50,668 nucleotides of DNA from Bacteroidia bacterium. GTDB lineage: Bacteria; Bacteroidota; Bacteroidia; UBA4408. The DNA is taken from NCBI GenBank assembly GCA_014376525.1, contig JACMRI010000061.1:1-50668 (forward strand), written 5' to 3'. This document shows, piece by piece, positions 1 to 8,124 of the stretch. Positions within the stretch are counted from its first letter, which is position 1; every line of letters begins with the position of its first letter. Made by a program: the position numbers and the translations under genes. A model generated the notes under the pieces. That model saw nothing but the letters and a program-made list of their open reading frames with translations. It was not told the DNA's origin and made no database searches.

Positions 1-720
1 AGCCCCTAAGCGTGCGCTACCATATAGGTTGCGTTCGGTTAGGCTAAATACTGCTGTACCTGGGTTTTCGTACTTATACACTGCCATGGTGTTACCTTGT
101 GCATCGCGGGTGTAGTAGGTGTATTTATACGCCGTAAGCGGTTGCAACACTCCGTTTATGCGCGGTTTTACTACTTTGCTAATGCGGTTTCCGCTGGCAT
201 CGTAGTTAAACTCTAAATCGGGTTTGTTACAGTTACTTGTATTCATGCGACTAATGTACTTAATTTTTCCATACACAGTCCATTCTATATTAGCTATTTC
301 TTCTTGAGCGTCGCTAATAAGGTTTCCTATGGCATCGTAGGTATAGTTGTTGCCTTGCGCTATGTTGGTGGTGTTAAAGGTGCCTTGGTCTTCTATGTCG
401 TCGGTCATTAAGGCTCTGTAAGCTGTTAATGATGTGCCTTGTGGGGTAGCATCGTTTACGCTATACAAACGGTTGTTGGTTTTGTTAGCGGTGGTGTTGG
501 CGTTGTTATAATTGTAGGTAAGGTTATCTATAATGTTTCCTGTTTCGTCCTTGCGTAGTTGGGTAAGTATGTTTCCGTTGGCATCGTGGGTAAATGTGTT
601 TTCATAACGTCCGTTATAGGTGGTTGTGTTAGGCCATGTGTTGTTTGCTATATCCATATTATTATAGGCTTGCGCTTGTAGCAAGCGGTTAAGCTGGTCG
701 TAGGTAAATAACAAGTACAT
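1..720 (-). CDS. RHS/YD-repeat protein fragment (probable orphan RHS cassette), runs off the left edge
   Basis: Manual translation from ATG at 720 is open for 240 codons to the edge: MYLLFTYDQLNRLL...THDANGNIL...YTYDAIGNLISD...EWTVYGK...FNYDASGNRISK...YYTRDAQGNTMAVY...LYGSARLG. These are YD repeats and the LYGSxRLG motif of Bacteroidota RHS proteins. An in-frame stop lies upstream at 754-756. Confidence 0.85.
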   Translation of the reverse strand, partial: MYLLFTYDQLNRLLQAQAYNNMDIANNTWPNTTTYNGRYENTFTHDANGNILTQLRKDETGNIIDNLTYNYNNANTTANKTNNRLYSVNDATPQGTSLTAYRALMTDDIEDQGTFNTTNIAQGNNYTYDAIGNLISDAQEEIANIEWTVYGKIKYISRMNTSNCNKPDLEFNYDASGNRISKVVKPRINGVLQPLTAYKYTYYTRDAQGNTMAVYKYENPGTAVFSLTERNLYGSARLGA

Positions 721-732
721 TAAATAATAGTT

Positions 733-770
733 AAAAAATTGTACTGTAACTACTTACAGTGCGATTTTTT
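733..770. terminator. Intrinsic-terminator-like hairpin between divergent genes
   Basis: AAAAAATTGTACTGTAA-CTAC-TTACAGTGCGATTTTTT: a 17-bp stem with two G-U pairs on the + strand, A and T runs at the ends. Confidence 0.55.
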
Positions 771-783
771 GATATAAATAAAT

Positions 784-791
784 TACATTTG
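784..791 (+). promoter_or_regulatory. Bacteroidota -7 promoter element (TAnnTTTG)
   Basis: TACATTTG ending 50 nt upstream of the ATG at 842. Confidence 0.55.
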
Positions 792-841
792 TGTATTATT
801 AAAAATAATAATAAACCTAACAATTAAAAAAACAACCAACC

Positions 842-1609
842 ATGAAAAAAATTTACTTAACAATTCTTTCAATAGCTATTGCTACAACAGCTGTTAATGC
901 ACAAACGTGTATATTAGGCGAAAACTTTACAGGTTACACTGGTAGCGCTTCGGCTTTACCAGCAGGCTGGATGGGCATGAACTTAAATGCTGCTGCAACT
1001 GGTAACGTTTACACATCTGCTACGTCGTGTGGGCCAAGTGGAGTTAATGCTTTCAAATTTACTTCTATTACTGCAGGAACAACAGCGCGTGCTACCTTAA
1101 TATCGCCGTCATTTACGGTTAGTAGTTACGATACGGTAACATTTTGGTTAAAAGGAAATAGCCTTGATAGTGTAAGTTCGCTAGCTTTATACATAGGTAA
1201 AGATACGGCTACTATGAGTTTAGTAAGTACATATAACAAGGCTAGTATTGCAGTTGCGGGTCAGTTTTTTTCTATACTAACTTACAGCACCGATCATTTT
1301 GTGAAATTTGTTTATACTAAATCGGCAGGTAATATTTCATTTGACGATTTTTGTATAAAAACATCAACAGTTACATCAGTTGATAATGCCAAACGTTTTG
1401 AAAACGTAGCTGTACGTTACAGTAACAATAAATTAGTAGTAAATACAAATGCTACAGTAACCTTACACAACATTATTGGCCAGCCAGTAATGACACAAAA
1501 AATGAATGCCAACGAAATGTTAGATTTATCAACACTTAACGCAGGTATTTATATAGTAAATGCAGTAAACGGAACAAACCGTACTACCAAAAAAATTGTA
1601 GTAGAGTAA
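842..1609 (+). CDS. Secreted protein with T9SS type A C-terminal sorting domain
   Basis: Signal peptide (MKKIYLTILS...VNAQ), a beta-rich domain (ENF...W...LISP...FW...FDDF) and a CTD ending LSTLNAGIYIV...TKKIVVE. Confidence 0.85.
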   Translation: MKKIYLTILSIAIATTAVNAQTCILGENFTGYTGSASALPAGWMGMNLNAAATGNVYTSATSCGPSGVNAFKFTSITAGTTARATLISPSFTVSSYDTVTFWLKGNSLDSVSSLALYIGKDTATMSLVSTYNKASIAVAGQFFSILTYSTDHFVKFVYTKSAGNISFDDFCIKTSTVTSVDNAKRFENVAVRYSNNKLVVNTNATVTLHNIIGQPVMTQKMNANEMLDLSTLNAGIYIVNAVNGTNRTTKKIVVE

Positions 1610-1644
1610 TTTATTGCAAGCATATAATATGGCTCAAAAAAAAG

Positions 1645-1677
1645 GCTACAACTAAACTATTTAGTTGTAGCTTTTTT
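1645..1677 (+). terminator. Intrinsic terminator
   Basis: GCTACAACTAAA-CTA-TTTAGTTGTAGC perfect 12-bp stem followed by T6. Confidence 0.85.
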
Positions 1678-1800
1678 AGTTAAATTTAAAAGGGTAACAA
1701 CGCCTGTTATTAGACAAATGTTTTTTTACACGTTAATTAAAATCCCTAAATTTAACCCATATTTAAAAAACCTTCACTTCCAATTCATAATTTAATATAC

Positions 1801-4032
1801 ATGACACCATTTTACTCCACACAACTTACCACTGTAGCCGACGCAAAAGCCCTAGGTTTATTACCCGAAGAGTTTGATAAAATAAATGAAATATTAGGGC
1901 GTGTACCTAATTTTACCGAGCTAAGTATATACTCCGTAATGTGGAGCGAACATTGCTCGTACAAAAACTCTATTACATGGCTTAAAACATTGCCCAAAGA
2001 TAGTGCACGTATGCTCGTAAAAGCAGGTGAAGAAAATGCAGGTTTGGTGGATATTGGCGACGGACAAGCATGTTGTTTTAAAATAGAATCGCATAACCAC
2101 CCATCGGCACTAGAGCCTTACCAAGGTGCAGCTACTGGTGTAGGCGGAATTAATCGGGATATATTTACCATGGGTGCACGTCCTATAGCGCAATTAAACA
2201 GTTTGCGTTTTGGCGATTTAAGTTTGGATAAAACCAAATGGTTGTTACGTGGCGTGGTTAAGGGCATAGGCGATTATGGTAACGCATTTGGTATTCCTAC
2301 CGTAGGAGGCGAGGTGTTTTTTGACGAGTGTTATAACATAAACCCCTTGGTAAACGCCATGAGCGTGGGTATGGTAAAAATAGGCGAAACTATTTCGGCT
2401 ACATCGTACGGTGTGGGTAATCCAGTATATATAGTAGGTTCGGCAACGGGTAAAGACGGTATTCATGGTGCTGCATTTGCCAGTAAAGACATGACAGAAG
2501 AATCGGCCAAAGACCTACCAGCAGTGCAAGTGGGCGATCCTTTTCAAGAAAAACTATTGTTGGAAGCTACGCTTGAAGTTATAAAAAGTGGTGCAGTAGT
2601 TGGCATGCAAGATATGGGCGCAGCAGGTATTACGTGCAGTACCAGCGAAATGAGCGCCAAAGGCGAACATGGTATGATTATTTATTTAGATAAAGTACCT
2701 ACACGCCAAGCCGACATGAAACCCTTTGAAATACTACTAAGCGAAAGCCAAGAGCGCATGCTTGTAGTAGTTACCAAAGGGCGTGAACAAGAGGTACAAG
2801 CTATATTTGACAAATGGGATTTAAACTGCGCCTGCATAGGCGAGGTTACTGATACTAAGCGTATTCATTTTTATATGAATGATGAATTAGTAGCCGATGT
2901 AGATGCTTATAGCCTTGTATTGGGCGGAGGTGCGCCAGTGTACACACGTGAGTATAAAGAACCTGCATACTTTGCCGAGAGCAAAAAATTTAATATAAGC
3001 CAAGTGCCCGAACCTGCAAGTTATAAAGCCGTTGCGGAGCATTTACTATCGCACGTAAACATAGCAAGCAAGCGTTGGGTATATGAGCAGTATGATAGCA
3101 TGGTGGGTACCATAAACCAAAGCACCAACAAACCAAGCGATGCCGCCATTGTAAACCTTAAGGGCACTAACCGTGCATTGGCACTTACGGTAGATTGTAA
3201 CAGTAGGTATGTAAATGCCGATCCTGAACAAGGCTGTGCCATAGCAGTAGCCGAAGCCGCACGCAACATAGTGTGTAGCGGTGGGCAACCATTGGCAGTT
3301 ACTAATTGTTTAAATTTTGGTAACCCTTACAACCCCGAAGTATACTGGCAGTTTGTAGGTGCTATAAAAGGTATGAGTAAAGCTTGTATAACCTTTGATA
3401 CCCCTGTAACTGGCGGTAACGTTAGTTTTTATAACCAAACAGCTTACCCCGATGGTCGTACAGAGCCTGTGTTCCCAACACCTACCATAGGTATGCTTGG
3501 GGTGCTAGATAACAAAGCAACACAAACAGGGCTATCGTTTACCACCGCCGGACACAAAATATATTTAGTAGGTACAAGTCGCAATTGCGTAGCTAGTTCG
3601 CAGTATTTGTACTCGTATTGCAAGGTTAAAAACAGCCCCGCACCACATTTTAATTTGGATGAAGAAAAACAAATACAAGATATAGTAGCGCAATTAATTA
3701 AACAGCAAATTATAGCATCGGCGCACGACTGTGCCGATGGCGGATTGCTTGTAACCCTTGCCGAAAGTGCATTTGAACACGAATTAGGTTTTGATATTAC
3801 CAGCAATTCAACTGTGCGCAAAGACGCATTTTTGTTTGGCGAAGCCCAAAGCCGTATCGTAGTTAGCGTTGCGTCTAATAAGGAAGCTGAGTTTAAAGCC
3901 CTTGTAACCAACTACGAACTATTAGGCGAAGTTACTGCCACGGGTAATTTTGTAGTAGATAACGAAAACCTAGGTAATGCCACCGCCCTAAAACACACGT
4001 ATAACAATGTGTTGGGGAATATAATGGCGTAG
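1801..4032 (+). CDS. purL: Phosphoribosylformylglycinamidine synthase subunit PurL (small type)
   Basis: [40 protein letters not shown] and GGNVSFYN motifs; 743 aa. Confidence 0.97.
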   Translation: MTPFYSTQLTTVADAKALGLLPEEFDKINEILGRVPNFTELSIYSVMWSEHCSYKNSITWLKTLPKDSARMLVKAGEENAGLVDIGDGQACCFKIESHNHPSALEPYQGAATGVGGINRDIFTMGARPIAQLNSLRFGDLSLDKTKWLLRGVVKGIGDYGNAFGIPTVGGEVFFDECYNINPLVNAMSVGMVKIGETISATSYGVGNPVYIVGSATGKDGIHGAAFASKDMTEESAKDLPAVQVGDPFQEKLLLEATLEVIKSGAVVGMQDMGAAGITCSTSEMSAKGEHGMIIYLDKVPTRQADMKPFEILLSESQERMLVVVTKGREQEVQAIFDKWDLNCACIGEVTDTKRIHFYMNDELVADVDAYSLVLGGGAPVYTREYKEPAYFAESKKFNISQVPEPASYKAVAEHLLSHVNIASKRWVYEQYDSMVGTINQSTNKPSDAAIVNLKGTNRALALTVDCNSRYVNADPEQGCAIAVAEAARNIVCSGGQPLAVTNCLNFGNPYNPEVYWQFVGAIKGMSKACITFDTPVTGGNVSFYNQTAYPDGRTEPVFPTPTIGMLGVLDNKATQTGLSFTTAGHKIYLVGTSRNCVASSQYLYSYCKVKNSPAPHFNLDEEKQIQDIVAQLIKQQIIASAHDCADGGLLVTLAESAFEHELGFDITSNSTVRKDAFLFGEAQSRIVVSVASNKEAEFKALVTNYELLGEVTATGNFVVDNENLGNATALKHTYNNVLGNIMA

Positions 4033-4071
4033 GTAAAAATGTGATGTTATCAATTATTTAACTTCCAAAAA

Positions 4072-5235
4072 ATGAAAAATTTAAAAATAAAATCGTTAGG
4101 GCCTATTGAAAATGCTGATATTACCTTTGGCGATTTAACTTTTTTAGTAGGTCCGCAAGCGAGTGGAAAGAGTATTTTTATTCAAACATTAAAATTGTTA
4201 GTTGATAAATTTCATATTCGTAAAACGTTAGAACAATATAATTACGTGTGGGATAAAGACACTGATAAAATTTTAGATTTGTATTATGGTGAGGGAATGT
4301 GTAAAATATGGAAGGCAAATACTGAAATAACGCTCGATTCGAAACGTTACAATAAATCATTTTTAGAAACTAAATCAGGGCGTAATCAAAATACTAAAGA
4401 CGCTGAGGAGACTTTGTTTTATGTGCCCGCTCAACGTATTTTAAGTGTATCGGACGGACGCCCTAAACCATTTATGGAATTCGACTCTTCTGCACCTTAT
4501 GTGTTGCGTCAATACAGCGAAACTCTCCGTTTACTTTTACAAAATGGTATGGTTAAAAACGATTCTATTTTCCCTATCAGTAATAGATTGAAAGAGCCAT
4601 TAAGAAAGTCGTTTAACGACAGTATTTTTCATGATGGTAAAGTAGTAATAGATGATAGATCTGGGCAACGAAAACTACGAATGGAAGTAGATGGTATGAG
4701 TGTACCCTTTATAACTTGGAGTGCGGGACAAAAAGAATTTATGCCTTTATTATTAGGTTTTTATTATTTATGCCCTCCATCAAAAACAAGTAGAAAAGAC
4801 GATTACAAATATGTAGTTATAGAAGAGCCAGAGATGGGGTTACACCCGCAAGCTATTATCTCAATTATCTTACAAATTATTGATTTGCTATCAAGAGAAT
4901 ACAAAGTAATAGTTTCAACACACTCTCCTGTATTGCTTGAATTTGCTTGGGTTTTTAATTATTTAAAAACTAATAAAGTAAAAGATAGTGCATTATTAGA
5001 ATTGTTTAACTTACCAAAAACACAAGTAACAGAAAAATTATTTAAAAATATACTAACTACTAAAACCATCAATACTTTTTATTTTGACAGAAAAGACGGT
5101 AAAGTAACTACTAAAGATATTTCTACTCTTGATGCAGGTAATGAGGATGCTGCAATAGCCGAATGGGGAGGTTTATCTACATTTGTAAGTAGAGCTACTG
5201 ATATTATTTTAAAATATCAAACTAATGAAGACTAA
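4072..5235 (+). CDS. Soluble ABC-type ATPase (AAA_15/AAA_21-like), putative conflict/defence component
   Basis: N-terminal LKIKSLGPI strand, Walker A GPQASGKS, signature-like WSAGQ, Walker B/D-loop VVIEEPEMGLHP, H-loop STHS; no transmembrane segments. Confidence 0.85.
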   Translation: MKNLKIKSLGPIENADITFGDLTFLVGPQASGKSIFIQTLKLLVDKFHIRKTLEQYNYVWDKDTDKILDLYYGEGMCKIWKANTEITLDSKRYNKSFLETKSGRNQNTKDAEETLFYVPAQRILSVSDGRPKPFMEFDSSAPYVLRQYSETLRLLLQNGMVKNDSIFPISNRLKEPLRKSFNDSIFHDGKVVIDDRSGQRKLRMEVDGMSVPFITWSAGQKEFMPLLLGFYYLCPPSKTSRKDDYKYVVIEEPEMGLHPQAIISIILQIIDLLSREYKVIVSTHSPVLLEFAWVFNYLKTNKVKDSALLELFNLPKTQVTEKLFKNILTTKTINTFYFDRKDGKVTTKDISTLDAGNEDAAIAEWGGLSTFVSRATDIILKYQTNED

Positions 5236-5722
5236 GGATAAAAGCAAAGACGTAAATTTAGTTATCCAATCTGTTTTTGAAGAAGCCGTAAAAGCAACTA
5301 AAGATATTAAAACGGGTTATAATACTGGATTGCAAGCATTTGGTAAGGATAGCGATAAAATTAAACTAAAGAATACAACTTTAATACAAGGGAGTGTAAA
5401 TCTTGATAAATGTTTAGAATCAAAATACCCTAACGACAATAGGTGGGACTATTGTTTTGCATATACTTCTAAGGTATATTTTATTGAAGTACACACTGCT
5501 AATACAAGAGAGGTTCGTACAATGTTAAATAAATTAAAAGCCCTGAAAGATTGGTTAAATACAAGTGCGCCACATATAAACAAACTTAAAGCAAAGCAAC
5601 CTTATTTTTGGGTTCAGTCCAATAAGTTTAATATTCCCAAAGGTTCGTCTCAATACAGGCAAATAATTACGCAAGGCTTAGAACCAATACCATTATTTAC
5701 AGATAAACATTTGGAAAAATAA
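5225..5722 (+). CDS. Small basic protein, possible PD-(D/E)xK-fold nuclease (RWDY...FIEVH)
   Basis: Overlaps the ATPase stop by 11 nt; Lys-rich; D followed by a hydrophobic strand and E-x-H. The ORF is solid; the function is inferred. Confidence 0.6.
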   Translation: MKTKDKSKDVNLVIQSVFEEAVKATKDIKTGYNTGLQAFGKDSDKIKLKNTTLIQGSVNLDKCLESKYPNDNRWDYCFAYTSKVYFIEVHTANTREVRTMLNKLKALKDWLNTSAPHINKLKAKQPYFWVQSNKFNIPKGSSQYRQIITQGLEPIPLFTDKHLEK

Positions 5723-5736
5723 ACATAGCACTAGCT

Positions 5737-5760
5737 ACCGCAAGCCTCACAGCTTGTGGT
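5737..5760. repeat. GC-rich palindromic hairpin (REP-like or terminator)
   Basis: ACCGCAAGC-CTCACA-GCTTGTGGT: a 9-bp stem with one G-U pair and no poly-T tail. Confidence 0.45.
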
Positions 5761-6017
5761 GTTAATTAGTTGTACTAACTGATATTAGTTATGTACTGTC
5801 ATTATCATCAATAATTATTACAAAAGAAAACGTAACACTAACAAACGATTTAATAGCCATTTTAAAGATAAAGCATTAATGCTAAGCAAATTAATGGAGC
5901 AAAATGAAGCATTTAAAATTTAGTTTTATAAATGTTATTTATACTACATAATCACAAGTTCGTACAATTTTTTACAAGTAAAAAACGAAACGTTATTTCT
6001 AATCTAATGAAACCACT

Positions 6018-6881
6018 ATGCACAACAACAATTTACATACTATACAACAGTATTTTAGTAAGCAATTACAACCCGCATATAACGCGCAAGCCTTAACTCA
6101 ATTGTTTAGTCAGCTTACTACACACATTACTCAATTAAGTAAAGTACAACAGCTTACCGAACCCAATTACCGAGTTACCGAATCTCAAATTAATAGCTAC
6201 AATAAAGCCATTGCACAACTATTACAACATAAACCTATACAATACATTATAGGTTACGAATGGTTTAATGGTTTGAAATTTGAAGTAAACGAACACACAC
6301 TTATACCACGCCCCGAAACAGAGGAACTGGTGCACTACATTATTAATAAATACAAAAAAAACACGGCTAATTTAAATTGTATTGATGTAGGTACTGGTAG
6401 CGGTTGCATAGGTATTAGTTTGTATAAAAACATGCACAACGCCAATGTTACATTATGCGATATAAGCAGCGAAGCCCTTGCAATAGCTAAGAAGAACGCA
6501 TTACAAAATAATTGCACCGTTGAGTATTTAACTACTGATATTTTAAATTGGGAACAATATCATTGGGAAAGTTATGATGTAGTGGTAAGTAATCCGCCTT
6601 ACGTTATGGAGCAAGAAAAATTAACGATGCACGCCAACGTGGTTAATTATGAGCCACACACGGCATTGTTTGTACCCAATAATGATCCCTTACTATTCTA
6701 CAAAGCTATTGGAGCTATGGCACAAGTTACATTAAAACCACAAGGTTTGTTGTGTGTAGAAATAAACGAAGCTTTAGCTACAGAAACAGCGGAGTTATTT
6801 ACCCAATTAAATTTTACACAAGTTACAGTTATATGCGATATGCATGGTAAGCAACGTTTTGTATCAGCCGTAAAATTATAA
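6018..6881 (+). CDS. prmC: Release factor glutamine N5-methyltransferase
   Basis: PIQYIIG, LIPRPETEELV, DVGTGSGCI and SNPPY motifs. Confidence 0.95.
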   Translation: MHNNNLHTIQQYFSKQLQPAYNAQALTQLFSQLTTHITQLSKVQQLTEPNYRVTESQINSYNKAIAQLLQHKPIQYIIGYEWFNGLKFEVNEHTLIPRPETEELVHYIINKYKKNTANLNCIDVGTGSGCIGISLYKNMHNANVTLCDISSEALAIAKKNALQNNCTVEYLTTDILNWEQYHWESYDVVVSNPPYVMEQEKLTMHANVVNYEPHTALFVPNNDPLLFYKAIGAMAQVTLKPQGLLCVEINEALATETAELFTQLNFTQVTVICDMHGKQRFVSAVKL

Positions 6882-6947
6882 TTCGTTAATTTGTTTTAAG
6901 CCTGCGATTTTTGTTTTGAAGGCTGTATAAATGGCGGGCTGGCATTA

Positions 6948-7964
6948 TTAAGTACTAACCTCTCCGCAGTGGTTACTAACAAACAAAGTTTTAAATTTAG
7001 CAAAAGGATAATTTGCCAACAAAAACATACTTTTGGTAATGGCAGTTTCCAAGGTCATATCTGCAGCCGAAATTATACCCATACGCGCAAACGCCGATGA
7101 GGTTTCATACTTGCCTTGCTCTACCGCTCCCTCAATACATTGTGTAACATTTATTAGTATTTTATTGCTAGAGCAAGCATCTTGTAGTGCATCTATTAGC
7201 CATTTTTGGTTGGGTGCATTGCCACTACCAAAAGTGCGCATAATTACAACCGTGCATTCGCTTTGCAATATGGCAAGAACTATTTGTTTGCTAATGCCTG
7301 GAAAAAAATGCAACACACCTACGCCACTATCTAGTTGAGTGTAAAATTGTGTAGCTTTTTTTGGTGTTTTATTTATTATCAAATTATTATATTCAATATT
7401 TACACCAGCAGTTGCCAATGCAGGAAAGTTAGGCGATTGAAAAGCATCAAAATGTGCAGCATTGTACTTAATACTCCTGTTGCCTCGCAACAATGTATAT
7501 TCAAAATAAATACATACTTCGGGTACTACAGCAGTATTGTGGGCGGTATAATTAGCGGCTATTTCTATAGCAGTAATTAAGTTTTCTTTACCATCTGTGC
7601 GTATTACACCTATAGGTAATTGCGAGCCAGTAAGTATTATTGGTTTAGTGCAATTAGCTATCATAAAACTAAGTGCCGATGCCGTGTAAGCCATAGTATC
7701 GCTACCATGTAGCACCACAAAACCATCGTAACTTGCATAGTTTATTTGTATCAATTTTACTAATTTTACCCACACATCGGGGTTCATATTACTGGAGTCT
7801 ATTGGGGTAGCAAACGACACGTGCGATAATTGCACAGGCAAGCGGTTAAGTTCGGGTACGGCTAGCTGTAGTTTTTTAAAATTTACAGGGCACAGCACAC
7901 CCGCTGCATCTTGCATCATTCCTATGGTTCCACCTGTGTATATAAGTAATACTTTACGTTTCAT
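6948..7964 (-). CDS. ansA: L-asparaginase type I
   Basis: IYTGGTIGM, HGSDTMAYTAS, TGSQLP and FGSGN motifs. Confidence 0.93.
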   Translation of the reverse strand: MKRKVLLIYTGGTIGMMQDAAGVLCPVNFKKLQLAVPELNRLPVQLSHVSFATPIDSSNMNPDVWVKLVKLIQINYASYDGFVVLHGSDTMAYTASALSFMIANCTKPIILTGSQLPIGVIRTDGKENLITAIEIAANYTAHNTAVVPEVCIYFEYTLLRGNRSIKYNAAHFDAFQSPNFPALATAGVNIEYNNLIINKTPKKATQFYTQLDSGVGVLHFFPGISKQIVLAILQSECTVVIMRTFGSGNAPNQKWLIDALQDACSSNKILINVTQCIEGAVEQGKYETSSAFARMGIISAADMTLETAITKSMFLLANYPFAKFKTLFVSNHCGEVST

Positions 7965-7985
7965 TACAATTGGTTTTATATCCTA

Positions 7986-7993
7986 CAAATGTA
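7986..7993 (-). promoter_or_regulatory. Bacteroidota -7 promoter element for ansA
   Basis: TACATTTG on the minus strand, 21 nt before the start codon. Confidence 0.55.
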
Positions 7994-8124
7994 TTATTTG
8001 TAGTTAGCGTAACTCTATTTTAGTAGTAAATTAACATTTTAAAGCTTAGAGTACTTATTTTTTACGATTATTTGATATATTCGCACTCAAATTAAATAAA
8101 CAAAAAACACAATTTACATTAACA

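Noticed and set aside
4072-5722. Assignment to Septu, PARIS, Gabija or an ABC transporter
   Set aside because: The partner lacks HNH and TOPRIM motifs, there is no adjacent UvrD-type GajB, and there is no permease or TM protein. The distant AddA-like helicase is a housekeeping type.
5761-6017. Possible third cassette gene or ncRNA (retron/type III antitoxin-like)
   Set aside because: Only start-less frames under 50 codons; no repeats or long inverted repeats, and no reverse transcriptase nearby.
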